Below are positions 11,945 through 24,746 of a DNA stretch of 64,000 bases, in pieces. The notes below the pieces were generated by a model. The model was not told the DNA's origin and ran no database searches. It saw nothing but the letters and a program-made list of their open reading frames with translations. Both the position numbers and the translations under genes were made by a program. Numbering within the stretch: the stretch's first letter is position 1; the number at the start of each line of letters is the position of its first letter. This stretch comes from Moniliella sp. 'wahieum'. Taxonomy: Eukaryota. Where the stretch lies: contig RSEE01000001.1 of assembly GCA_003971905.1 (NCBI GenBank), positions 868,001-932,000 of the forward strand. The letters run 5' to 3'.

Positions 11945-12698
11945 TGCTTCTCACCAATGTGGCACTGCATTCTCGAGGGCCTGTATTAATTCGGGCCAAG
12001 TTTTGGCATCTGATTTGGTTCCAGTTTCGGATCAGAAGGTTTTGGTTCGGGCGGAGGGGGGCAAAGCAGTCAAGGTGAAATATCCACTCTGCTTCGAGGG
12101 GGGGCTCGGAAGGAAACCAAGGAAGCCAGGGTGGACAATCTAGCCAGGCTCCCTGCGGTGGTGGTCACCTAGTAGTGGCTCAGCAGATGGCTCTAGAGGC
12201 GGGCATCGCGGTGGTGATCACCGCTCGGGAAACGACCAGTCGTGGGACAACACCATAGTTCACTATTACAACAAGGTCCGCTCTGTCCACCAAGCTGGAG
12301 CCGTTATGTGGGATGATACGCTGGCTCAGTATGCCAAAAACTCTCTGGCCTCCGATAACTGCGTGTTCAAGCACAGTGGTGGAAAGTATGGCGAGAACAT
12401 CGCCGAGGCTTACTCCACCGTTATACGGCTGCGATGAAGGAGTGGTACGATGAGTACAAAGACTACAACTACGCCAACCCTGACTTCCTGGAGAACACGG
12501 GGCACTTCTCTCACATGGTCTGAAAAGGCACCAATAAAGTTGTTGGATGCATCCAGCAATAAACGTGCGAGTACAGCGACACATTTGTCGTGTGTGACAT
12601 GTGGGTACAGCCCAGCGGGCAATATCGTCGGTGGTAATTCCTTCAAGGAAAACGTTCTCCTACGGAAGGGAGATTCGAGAGATAGCGATAAGCAGTGA
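11945..12698 (+). pseudogene. CAP/SCP/PR-1 (Pry1-like) family gene, apparently decayed; 5' end approximate
   Basis: Translates YNKVRSVHQAGAVMWDDTLAQYA..CVFKHSGGKYGENIA..AMKEWYDEYKDYNYANPDF..TGHFSHMV*KGTNKVVGC..*..YSPAGNIVG. In-frame stops lie at 12521 (at the conserved W of HFTQVVW) and at 12560, plus frameshifts. Confidence 0.8.
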
Positions 12699-12941
12699 TC
12701 TGCCGTGTATATATCGCGCGAAAGCTGATCATCTCCGGAGGCAAAAGTCAAATTCTTTCTGTGACGATCGAGATCGATCAGATCCTTCTCCATTATGTTG
12801 ATCCAGCTGGCCTGGGCCAGCTATGGTGTAGGCCACGAGAACGCCACAGCAAAATTTTGTGACAAATTCAACACGTTGATCGCCTATAAGGAGGTGCGTG
12901 GAAAGGGCGCAAGGCGAAAGAAACGCGAGGGAGCGAACACT

Positions 12942-14341
12942 TTAGTACTCCTCTTCAACCTCCTCTTCCACCGTCTCGGCAGCAACCTCCTCGTAGTCCT
13001 TCTCAGAGCCGCCAGGTCCTCGCGGGCCTCGGAGAACTCGCCCTCCTCCATACCCTCACCAACATACCAGTGAACAAAGGCACGTTTCGAGTAAAGCAGG
13101 TCGAACTTGCGGTCCAAGCGGGTCCAGGCCGAAGCAATAGCCGTTGTGTTGGACAGCATGCAGAGTGAGCGGCTGACCTTAGCCAGGTCTCCCCCGGCAA
13201 CTTGTGTGGGTGGCTCGTTGCAGATACCAATCTTGAAGCCAGTGGGGCACCAGTCGACGAACTGGATCGTGCGTTGGTCTTGATAGCCGCCACGGCAGCG
13301 TTGACGTCCTTGGGGACGACATCGCCACGGTAAAGGAGACAAGAGGCCATGAACTTGCCCTCACGCGGGTCGCACTTGACCATCTGAGTTCCCTTCTCAA
13401 ACGCAGAATAAGTCATCTCCGCCACGCTGTTCTGCTCGTGTGCGGCATTGTCTGCCGAAAGGATGGGGGAGAGCGAGGCGAGGGGAAGTGGATGCGGGGG
13501 AAAGGAACCAGGTTAGTCTGGAACTCGTTCAGATCCACGTTGAGTGAGCCATCGAAGCGGAGCGAGGCCGTGACGGATGAGACGACCTGAGCAATGAGCG
13601 GTTGAGGTTCGAGTATGACGGCGATTGGATACCGAGCTTCGTCTTGGCAATGTCGTACAGGGCCTCATTATCGACCATGAACGAACAGTCAGAGTTCTCC
13701 AGCGTGGTATGAGTCGTCAGGACTGAGTTGTACGGCTCGACAACCGACGACGCATCATCGGGGCAGGATACACTGAGAACTCGAGCTTGGCCTTCTTTCC
13801 GTAGTCCTGGGCCAGATGGTCGAGCAGGAGAGAGCCAAAGCCCGAGCCCGTACCACCACCAAACGAGTGGAAGACGAAGAAGCCCTGAAGGCCCGACGTG
13901 GCGTCGGCCAGCTTGCGGACGCGGTCGAGCGTCTCGTCGATCAACTCCTTACCCACAGTGTAATGACCGCGGGCGTAGTTGTTCGCAGCATCTTCCTTGC
14001 CGTCACGAGGGTCTCGGGGTGGAAGAGCGAACGGTATGTACCCGTGCGCACCTCGTCAACAACGTTGGGCTCCAGATCAACGTAAACCGACCGGGGAACG
14101 TACTTGCCCGAACCCGTCTCAGAGAAGAAGGTGCTGAATCCGTCGTCACTCTGCGAGGGCGAGCCCTCCAGAATGTGGCCGTCAGGCGAAAGGCCGTGCT
14201 CAGCCAGGTAAAGTTCCCAGCAAGCATTGCCGATTTGGATACCGGCCTGGCCGACGTGGAGAGAGATAACCTGTCGGCGGGGGGAAGCGTTAGAGCTGGA
14301 GAAGGCAAGCGAAGCCACGGGATGCGCCATACCTCACGCAT
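12942..14341 (-). CDS. TUB1: Alpha-tubulin (one intron after MRE; several 1-nt assembly deletions)
   Basis: [66 protein letters not shown], and C-terminal EEY*. Confidence 0.98.
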
Positions 14342-14529
14342 GTTGCTTGAGAAGGATCAAAGGACTAGGGGGAGAGATGCGGAAGCGATGGGGGGGAGTA
14401 CTCAGCCCTGGCAAAGTAACGTGCAGTGGCGAAAGCGGCCGGTGGTGGAGAGAAAAAAGAAGCGCAGCTGCTGCGTGCTGCTCTATACCCGATGATGCGT
14501 CGAGCCAGCTCGCAACCCACAGGGCCAGG

Positions 14530-14550
14530 CCTTAGGCCTTAGGCCTTAGG
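14530..14550. repeat. (CCTTAGG)x3 in the alpha-tubulin promoter
   Basis: Three perfect units about 190 bp upstream of the ATG. Confidence 0.85.
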
Positions 14551-17144
14551 CGTTACTGAGGCTCGCTCTCACTGCTCCAGTGCAGGTCTCTGTGCCTGGC
14601 GCTGCCAACAACATCGTGCAAGTTCCCCCGTGCCTGTGTTGATAGTGTCGATCATGCAATACGCATCACGCATCACACATCAAATAGTCTCGGGCCCATC
14701 CAGGGGCACGCGTCGGGTGTGCTCTGGCACTCGACTTCCTTTTTGATTTTTGCGCCATACAGAAGCGGCCTCTCAACGGTATGGCTGGGACCACTCGCTT
14801 TCACTTCCCTGGGACCTCTCCTCTCTCACTCTTGTCGTATAGCACACCGGCATCACGCATGTACGGCATCTCTATGCCATCCAGCCTCTCGCCCGGAATC
14901 GGGGGGGTGCTTGTGTGGTCCACGGATAAAGATGACATCAATTTTATGCAATGGCCCATGGCTCCTCGCCCTATAGATCGAGATTAATAAAGGGTTCTAA
15001 CGTATCCTGACGAGAATCTCCCTTCTCTTTGGATCTGAGATAGAGGCAGGGGTTGGAGTGCGATGTGACTAACGATGCGCTATCACTTGTGATAGAGCGG
15101 CTGTATGGGTCAAGTCCCTATTAGGGCAAAAGCAGATGATAAACTACTGGAGTATAGCGACTACTGTAGCGCTTGCCGTGACTGACGCCTCGTCTTCACC
15201 TTCGTTTGCACCGTTGCGCTCAAGGTCAGACTAGCGTCAGATGCTCAGAGGCAGCAATCTCTGAAGATTGTTTCCTTTTACTCGAAACAGTGCAATCATC
15301 TTTGGAAGTTATATAGAAGCTGTAGCTACCCTCATTAAGACGCGTGATGCATGATGCACCAACGCGGATCATCCCCCTGGTGATCATCGACACGTCTGCT
15401 GAGCGCCACCACCTGCCTGGTGTGTTTGGCCAAGATCACTATCGAGTCCCTCCTCCGGCTCAGTGTGGTCGCGTCACCCTCGAAGACCATCAGATGGCTC
15501 CAGGTCTCATCAACATCCTCGCATGTCTCCCTATCGATCGACCCGCAGGTGGGGAAAACGAAAATTGGAGGGGAGGTCACTCTGGCAGACTGTGGCCTGG
15601 TGAGCTATGCTGCTGCACAGGTCGGTGGTATTGGGGTCGAAAGGCGTACACACAGGGGACATGGTCAGAGGGCGTTTGTGGAGCGGCTTGCGACAGAGAC
15701 GGAGAGGGTGGGCCGTGTCAGAACTGGAGCGGAGTCCAACGATATATAAAGGTGGTGATGGGGAGAGGATGGATTCATGACCTCCAACGAGAAAAGAACA
15801 AGGATATGGCAGTTGGCATTCGAAGGATTCTTTTAGCGGACGAGCGGCAGTATGAGAGGGGAGGGGGGAGAGGAATCAGCGCAAGCAGCGTAGAATGCGG
15901 CAAATGCGGCACGATTTCGCAGCCACACTGAGGAAGGGATTGGGCAAACAAGAACGTCCAAGGAGAAAAGTAGAGCACTGCAATGATGGAGTGGTGGTGG
16001 TGGGTTGAACGTTAAACGTGGTCGGAGGCCGGAGAGTCTGCTAAATAAGCCTCACACTGCTAGACTAATCATTCAGCCACACGCCACGCCCTGCTACACC
16101 AAGAAGAGGCGTGGGTTCTAACAAGCCGATTGTGAAAGAGGACGAGGTCTGCAGGGAGAAGGTGATGGATCTATACTCCAAAAGAGAGAGGGGCCCGTTA
16201 GGCCGCGCTTAGGGACAGAATATAAGGGAGAGTCGGATAGAACACTGAGAGCGCCAAGTGTGATGCGTGACCAGCTGCATGCATGATGCATGATGCCGCT
16301 GACTCCGATGTTATACACCACGAGATCCGATCGATCCCAATACACACAGATGCATTTTGCCCTTAGTGCCTAGTACTGGAGTCAGTGTTTGAGCTATTAG
16401 CCTCGCATTACTTATTCGTTGTTCAGGCACTCTTTTACTGCAAGTAGTTTTCTTGGCACCTTGGCCTTAGGCCTTATTGCCCGAGAGGTGTGGTCAATGA
16501 TCGGCATGTGAAGGTGACGTGGCATTTGATGCCGTCGAGGGGGTCGGACAGGGTCAGACAGAGCCAGACTGCAGACTACTGTGGAGCAGCCAAAATGTTG
16601 TCGTGGCGTCAGCGGCGGCCGGATTGCGGGGAAGGTACGTCTATCTGCCGGCGAACGGGCAGGAGGACTTGCTCGAACAGCAGGAAAGGCAGAGCGCGGT
16701 CTTTGTTGCGACACATTGTGATGTGCGGTGCGCGACGCGTGGAGTATGAACGTTTCAGGGTTCCGTTTATTGCGGGGGCGGGGCATGGTGATATCCGGTG
16801 ATATACGTGTCCTACCCGCCCCCTCTGTCCCACCAGGGCAAGGGCTTCGCCCGTCGGCCTGGGCGCTGAGCCCCTGAGCCACCGGCCGAAGGGAGCAGCA
16901 GGCCATACGGTTAGTGCAGGCAACCAAATGCACCTGGCCGGGCGGGGCGAGCCAAAGAGCAGATGCGACGTGGCGGGGGAGATGGCTCTTGCCCCATGGC
17001 CAGCGGAGCTAGCGTCCATAGTATGCGCGATCTCTGGGATGCCTGTCGTGGCCATAAAAGTTTGAAGCTTTGCGGTTTGGCCTGCAAGCGGCAAGCTGCA
17101 GCTTCAGAGATCTAAGGGCGCGCTGGTCGCTGATCGATGTCGAG

Positions 17145-17193
17145 GATCGCTGATCCTCGATCCACGATCCACGATCACCGATCACCGGTCACC
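17145..17193. repeat. Drifting 7-nt-period GATCNNN array upstream of the OSBP gene
   Basis: GATCGCT GATCCTC GATCCAC GATCCAC GATCACC GATCACC GGTCACC. Confidence 0.75.
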
Positions 17194-17539
17194 CGCGTTC
17201 AGCGCCGAGAAAATGGAGGCACTGGGGCACTCTTGGGGGCCATCAGGCGGGGATGGCGGGCGGACAGCGTATGGTGATATGAGGCAGGCTGGGCAGGGCT
17301 GTGCATGAGGGCAGTGTAGCGATTAGGGTTGCCCACGTCTTTCAACCACATTCGTCCGCTCCCCGCCGCGGAAACTTGCGAGTTTTGGGTTGAACGTTGG
17401 ACACCACCACCACCCGCCCCTACCTCCTCCCTCCCCTCCCCAGCACCTCTGGCCCCTCCAGCATCCCCACCCTCTCCTCCTAACACCAGTCCCTACGTGC
17501 CTGCATTGCTCCCTCTGATTTCACCACCACGAACGCATA

Positions 17540-18834
17540 ATGGGATTGTCTGGCTTGCTCGGCTCGTCCAAGACGCCGCCCAAGGACAAGGACGCACAGG
17601 ACAATGCCGACGACATGGAGGAGCTTGACGAGGAGAATGGCAGCATCCTTCTCAGCTTGATTGGACAGCTGCGTATTGGGATGGATTTGTCCCGTGTTAC
17701 ACTGCCCACTTTTGTCCTCGAACCTCGCTCGATGCTGGAGCGCATCACTGACTTCATGTCCCACCCCGACCTCATCTTTGGCGCGGGAAAGATCGAAGAC
17801 CCAGCCGAACGTTTTGTTGCGGTCATGCGCTACTACCTTGCCGGATGGCATATCAAGCCAAAGGGCGTAAAGAAGCCGTATGTACCGCTCTGCCTGCCTC
17901 CTTTACGAGCGCCTGAACCTAACCTCATCCTCATCTGCAGGTACAATCCTGTGCTTGGAGAGTTTTTTGAGTGCTCTTACACATACGCCGATGGTTCTCA
18001 CGGCTACTACATTGCGGAGCAAGGTGTGTTGATATCTCTATTCTTTCGTGCTGGCCATTAACCTTGGCATTACCAGTGTCGCATCACCCCCCGATCAGCG
18101 CCTACTTTTACTGTTCGCCCGACCACAATGTGCTTATTTATGGCGAGCTGCAGCCGAAGAGCAAATTCTTGGGTAACAGTGCGGCAACGCTTATGGGTGG
18201 CGAGAGCCGGGTTGTACTTCTTGACCGGCTAGCCGACGGCGAGTATGTCATTGGAATGCCCAACATGTACGCCCGAGGGATTCTCTTTGGCAAAATGGTT
18301 TTGGAATTGGGCGACACGTCGCTAATTGAGTGCAAGGCCACCGACATGGCCTGCACGGTTGAATTCAAGACCAAGGGCTATTTCACAGGCACCTACAATG
18401 CCATTGAGGGCAAGGTGACCAAGAAGGGTAAGAGTGTGGGCGAGGTGACTGGTAAGTGGTCAAACGAAATGGATTACAAGAATGCTTCGACGGGCAAGAC
18501 GTCGGTCTTGTTCTCTGCCAAGAATGCTGTCATTGCACCTAAATCAGTGCGACCCGAAGCTGAGCAGGCGCCCAACGAGTCGCGTCGCCTGTGGGCTCAG
18601 GTTACCAAGGCAATCGCCGCCAAAGACATGAATGGCGCGACTGAACACAAGACCGCGATCGAGGATGCCCAGCGGCGTTCGACGCGTGAGCGTGAGGAGA
18701 ACAACTTGGACTTTGTTCCGCGCTTCTTCGTTTATGCCGAGTCGCTTGGGAGGTACGTGCCGCGGATCAACGCTCTGTCAGCTCCCTTCCAGGCTCCTGC
18801 TGTGGCACATTATTTTGCTCAGCTGCACTCGTAA
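17540..18834 (+). CDS. OSH6: Oxysterol-binding protein, short Osh6/Osh7 type; 2 introns (~17878-17940, ~18024-18077)
   Basis: LIGQLRIGMDLSRVTLPTFVLEPRSMLER, KKP/YNPVLGEFF, and the EQ/VSHHPP OSBP signature. Confidence 0.92.
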
Positions 18835-20514
18835 ACTGTTCGTGCTAGGCTAAGGGGTTCATCCTCCTGTCTATCTCTATCTCCTCCCTTCTCTCTAGTT
18901 TTGTTCAACCGGTCAACATGCTGTGATTTTTCTCTATAGTGAAATCACCCCCACCCCGATATGTGGATGCCTTAGTAGTCGCAGATCACATTCTGAAGTA
19001 GTGCCACACTGCCACATCCCAACATCATTTCCCGGCGGTAGGAACTGTGGCTATTTGAAGAGCCGGCGAGCGGGGCACCGCCAGAAGGGGCTTGCCTTGC
19101 CAAATATATTGACCAATGGCACTGGATAGACCAATGTACCTGAAGTTGATGACGTTGATGCATGGTCATATGTGCATGCCGTACCTGCCGCACCACCATC
19201 TTGCATCACAAGCATCGCTCTTGGCAAGTCTTACACATTGCAGCATCAGTGCCATCACAGCTGTTTAAGAGGACCGCATACGGCAGTTCATCACTCCACG
19301 TATCCAAGCCGCCTGTCGCATTGCTCATCATCACTCTTCGACCCGTGGTTGATGTAGAGCCGAAACACCCTGTGGCAAGTTCACGGCTCATCTCCGCTCT
19401 TCGCTCCGGCGGCCACAGCGCTGGTAGCACCTCCCCGCCCGTGAGACGGCCCTGCCCCACCTTTTGTTACGCATGACGACTGGCGCGCCCACCTCCTCCT
19501 CCTGTACAGCCTGCCCCAAGCAATTGAACCCGTGGGGCACACGCGACGATGAGTGTGTATGTGTGTGCATGCACTAGCCTTGCCCGAGTGCATTGGACAG
19601 CACGCCGTTGTCCGCAAATTCGTTGAGCCGATCCACCCCCCACTGCTATCTGGCGCGCCGTGACCCTCACAACGCATTCCGGATCGCTTGGCGACCCTGA
19701 GGTGTGCTGGGGCACTGCCCTATAGGTTATAGTATCTGACTCATATGCGGCCTATGTACCTTCAGCCACCTGTGTGCCCCACCCCCATCCTATCTCGAAC
19801 TCAAAACGGGTTCCTCTTCCCTCTCAATATCCTCAATATCATGCGGCGCTCACGACACACAAGTCCCGGCACCTTTCCATCATTACACGCTTTGTAGCCT
19901 ACAACAGGCCTCTTCAGTCGCGGTGACCATGGCTTCCCTTATTCTATCGGTAATTGTGTCTCTCAATCGTTTCCAGAGCGCACATGTTCCTCATCATATA
20001 TATAGACTAGGAGAGGTTTATACAATAACCAAAAGGCAGTTCGCTCACTGGGCAATTGTTTTCGGCTACTCACACCTACTGTACATCAACTACCATTTTA
20101 ATGAGGACTTTTTGTACACTCACTATCTTCATGCCGGATCTCTTATCCTAACATCCCATATAGCTGTAACGATGAAGCTAAGAATGCGTTTTCTACACAT
20201 TCGAAGTATATATATAGTCTACAAACTAAGCCTGCAGTGGTCTTCTCGGTGCCAGAGTCGTCGTCAGAGCGCTGCATGGCTGTGATGGAGACTTGTGTGC
20301 AAAAATGCAGTTGTGTTTCTATTCCTGGCCGATGAAATGATGAAACGGTTGATGTGAATGGTCATATGTGCCCTTATTGGCATACAAGATGTACGAGCAA
20401 GCAAGCCAATGAATGGCGATCGCACTGTTGCTTAATGGTCCTGCGAAGAATAACAGCGGTTTTCAGGTTTGAGCCTTTGTTCAATCTAATACCTTGGGTT
20501 GTACCCAACTGTCA

Positions 20515-20611
20515 GGCGAGATAGCGAAGTGGTCTAACGCGCTGTGTTAAGGCATCTTGAGTTCCTTGACCGCAGTCCTCCGGGGCGTGGGTTCGAATCC
20601 CACTCTCGTCA
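20515..20611 (+). tRNA. tRNA-Leu(AAG) with 17-nt intron (20553-20569) and long variable arm
   Basis: GGCGAGA TA GCG..CGC G CTGTG TT AAG G [intron] C CGCAG TCCTCCGGGG C GTGGG TTCGAAT CCCAC TCTCGTC A, followed by TTTTT. Confidence 0.93.
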
Positions 20612-21366
20612 CTCTTTTTGCTTCTTGTCTTTGCAGTCGTTCTGGCAACGTTTTACATGCACCAGCCATTCCTGTGCTGTTCACGCTGGGTTGTCTGAAC
20701 AGCGTATGCCAAGCTCAGGCACATCAGGAATAGGCCACTGGGCCTGACGAACGCAAATACCCCTTGGAAGTACATGGCGGTGCGTAGCAGTTCCCCTCAC
20801 ATACAATCTTTCTATTAGTTGTTTTTGCTATAGTCCTGTCGCCAATCCGTACCCAGCGAGAGAGGCATAACAACCAGCTAGAGGCACGCACACCAGAAGT
20901 GGGTGCTGTGTTGAGAAGGGTAGCAGCGCGCAGGTGGGAAGACAGGACGAGTGATTGGACAGAGCAGCGTGTAGGAGACGACGACGTGATGATACCGATA
21001 TTTCTTTTGAAGGGCTGGGGTAGAAGATTTGTGCACCTTAGAGAGCCAGGCGATTATAAGCCGGCAAGAAAGCACAAATGAGAGAGGAAGATAGGCATGC
21101 GAGGGTCAGGAAGGAAGTTGGGACGTGGGGGTTCACGTAAGACAAGCCAAGGGGGTAGATATGGAATGAGTCCAGCTGCACTTTTGCGTGCTGCTGTTGA
21201 TCGGGGAGAAGGGGGAGGAGAGAATTCAAGCCAGGCGCAAGAACGGGAAACGGATCCTCTCAAGGCGCGTGCGTGAACAATACTGACACCTTCCCTACCC
21301 AGACAGGAAATCCTGAGGTCAGTTTAGGCCGTTAGGACATTTCGGCCTTCGTCCGGTCACGTGCTT

Positions 21367-22567
21367 TAAGGCCGAAGTGCGGAAGACAACCTATTCACTC
21401 TTCTTTGAGCATTGAGAAGGCGTTGTTGCTGAGAGAAACGCGGTGTGGACCGCTGACACCCGAGGGTGCCGCCTTACCAACTGGCTCCTTAGCGGGCTTG
21501 GTGCCACGCGGTGCCACGGGGGCGGACGTTTTCCCACTCGGGTTCGAGGGGGGGACTAGGGTGAACAGGAGGAGGCGCAGTGAAAAAACTCCGAAGGATG
21601 TGCCTCGGCAGCCGCCGGCTTCTTAGGCCACGCCGACCCGGCGAAACCGCGACAGGTTCAGTGGGCGACAGCGGGCGCAGATTTAGGAGCTTGTGCCTCC
21701 ACTTCATTAAAGACAGACGCACTCTCGGCCGTCACAGGAGGTGCCGCGGAATAGCATCGGCACCCCATCCGCCCCCAGCAGACCAATCGTCTCCTTCCGG
21801 CGGGCAGGGCCCCAGTCGATGGGCCTCTTCTTCTGGCCAGGCGGCTGCCCGTGCGGGGAAGAAGTGCTTTCAGCACTAATGTTTGTCCCACCTGCACTCT
21901 CCGGGGCGGGAGTAACAGGGGTAGAATGGGTGGAGATGTTCTGGCCGTTGGTGCTGGCCAACACTGGCTTGAGAGTGGGTCACCATTGATCGTAGCAGGA
22001 GTAGATGGGTCACTTCAGATGTAACGGGACCAGCAGCGGCAGCTGCCGCGGCTGCCAGTGGCCTTTTGGGAGCGCTGTCTACTCTTGCGCGGGGCCGGGT
22101 GGTCTCCCAACCATCCTCTTCGTCGACGTGAGTGTCGACTATGGGCGTGGACGCCGCAGATATAACAGGGCGACCGGGGTAGATACAGAAGGATCGGGTG
22201 ACACGATTGCAGCCTTTGCCTTCTTGCGCTTGTTCTTCTTCGCCGATTTAGACTGACTGGGTGCAGGGTCAATGGGTGCAGACGTCTCGCCCATTTGGAG
22301 GGGAGGGACAGGCGTCGGCTGCACCAAGGGGATACAGAGGACGAAGGCGTGGAAGGTCGTACAGACTTGGCCTTGGCTGCCTGTTCTTCCTTGTCCAGAC
22401 CTGGCTGAGCCGGGGGCGGCGCCCGATGGATGGAGAGGGGACTTCCGGCGGGCCTCGAGCGCTGCTTGGCGTAGAGGAGGGCGAGCGGGATAACTGGAAA
22501 GGAGAAACGAGGGTCCATAAGGAGTAGGTTGTTGGGTGGCGTGGGCCGAGCTATGGCTGGAGGGCAT
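21367..22567 (-). CDS. Hypothetical low-complexity protein with a basic NLS-like stretch; boundaries uncertain
   Basis: Overlapping minus-strand ORF pieces have coding-like composition (SKSAKKNKRKKAK; GQKKRPIDWGPARRKETIGLLGADGVPMLFRG). No family was recognised. Confidence 0.4.
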
Positions 22568-22860
22568 GGCGAGAGGGGGTGGAGAAGGTGGTGGTGGGCA
22601 GGATGACGACCCCCCGTCTTCCACGTCTCCGTTGTATTCGAGCCGACACAGGCCGACACCCGTGCTTGGGTGGTTGCAGGACGGCCGAATTGAAATGTAC
22701 AAGAGCCACCAAGGGCAGCGAAACGCGAAGACGGGTATTGAGATTGAGAATTGAGACCTGAACATTTCACCGAACTTCAATGGATCTGTATCTATGCCAT
22801 CGGTCATGTTATTTCACTGACTGCTACGGTACATGGGCGCAGCGTTTCCCTGTCCCAGCC

Positions 22861-24431
22861 TTAAGCCCTGTCAATGATATGGATGCAGTACATGGCTTTG
22901 TTTTCAGCAGGCTCTGGTCGGTGTTTCGGCCATTGGGAAACGAATGCAGCAGTTGCGAAGCAGTGCGCCAGCTCGTGCTTTTTTAGCGTCGCCTTCGTCA
23001 GCCTCTCCACTTGCTCCAGCACTGCCCGCTTCGAGGTTCCCCCCACCACGTCGCGGCGCTCGACCGACGTGTCAAAGGACCAAACGTCCATCAACGTCCG
23101 CCGTAACAGTGGCGACAGTGTCTGCAGGTCCTCCAGCGTCAAGTCGGTGAGCTGACCCCGCGCTCCTCCGACATACGAACCGCCTCGCCAGAGATGTGAT
23201 GCGTTTGGCGGAAAGGTACGCCCTTGCGCACCAGGTACTCAGCCAAATCGTGTGGCCAGCATGTCGGGCGTGAGGGCCGCGCGCATCTTCTAGGGAAGAT
23301 GGTGAGCGTCGATACCACTCCGGTTGCGATCTTGAGCGAGTTGGACACGGTACTGACCGCATCAAAGAGTGGCTCTTTGTCCTCTTGCAAATCCTTGTTG
23401 TACGTAGATGGAATGCCTTTCAGCGTCATAAGGAATCCACTCATCTGTCCAAACACACGGCCGCTTTGCCCCGCAGCAGTTCCAGCGAGTCGGATTCTTC
23501 TTTTGAGGCATGATTGACGAGCCCGTCCTTCACACAGAGATGTTAGCACTTCCCTCGAATAAGAAAAAAAAATGGTTACGGTGGCAGAGGGGAAACATAC
23601 GAGTAAGCATCGCTCAACTGAATAAAGCCAAACTCTGCACTCGAGTAGATAATTAGGTCCTCGGCCATCTTAGACATGTGGATCATCGTAGCGATGCCCA
23701 CATGAGGAATTCGGCAACAAAATCGCGGTCCGAAACCGAGTGCATCGAATTAGTGCCAACAGTTTCGAACCCGAGCTCCTTAGCCAAAAAGTCGCGATCC
23801 AGCTTGGCGAAAGGGTTTCCTGCAAGGGGGCCCGAACCCAGGGGAAGAACCGAAATACGTGGAATGAGGTCACGAAGGTCGGTGATAGTCATTCGCGAAG
23901 TAGGTGGCGTGCGAGAGAGGAGGAGATGAGACCACCGAATGGGCTGGGCACGCTGCAAATGAGTGTAACCGGGCATGAGAGCGTCCACCTCGCTCGCAGC
24001 ACGTTTCAGCATCACATCCAAGAGCCCCTTGAGCGATGAGGTGATGTCCCGATGGTGTCGGAAGCCAAAGGCGCATGTCAGTGGCTACCTGGTCGTTACG
24101 GCTCCGGCCCGTGTGCAGTTTACCCGCCACAGCGCCAATCAACTCCTTGAGCCGGCGTTCATTGGCGGTGTGGATGTCTTCATCGTGAGCAGGAATGAAA
24201 GTGCCTTCTCCCACTCTTCGCCGACCTTTGTAAGTCCATTAACAATTTCTTCTGCCTCACTCGGGTCGCACACCAGCCCCACGAGTGCTTTGGCGTAGGC
24301 TTCGAGCCGCGAATATCTTGTGACCACATGCGCTGGTCGTAGGAGAGCGATGGTTGTATTCGGCATCAGCGGGTCGGTGCGGCCGTGAATCGGCCGCCCC
24401 AAAGCTTCTGTTTGGTGAACTCCTCAGTCAT
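22861..24431 (-). CDS. ARG4: Argininosuccinate lyase (intron near 23530-23600; frameshifts; 3' end approximate)
   Basis: [64 protein letters not shown]. Confidence 0.96.
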
Positions 24432-24746
24432 GTTTGTAGTGGGACAAGAGGGAAAATTGGGTGGTGGTGGGGAAAAGAGAAAAACAAATCAACAACAGTG
24501 CTCTCCGCTTTATCTGGGTGCAATGACTTGGTGACTGTCCAGCGGACTTCACTGTTGCCACAGTGCCCTCGTGCCTGTCCCCGGTTTTCTCCGTTCGAAG
24601 ATCACTTTGAAATTTGACGCGCGCACGACGGATAAAAGTTCGGTGGATGCACTTGGAGGCTCCGGTGGCTGCGACAGGTCGTGAGCGTCATATGGGCATG
24701 GCCGGCCACTGTTCGTCCTGGCTGCTTGTTGGCTTTCTGCCCACTA

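Noticed and set aside
14530..14550. TTAGGCC repeat as interstitial telomeric sequence
   Set aside because: The unit is 7 nt rather than TTAGGG, there are only three copies, and it fits the palindromic heptamer family.
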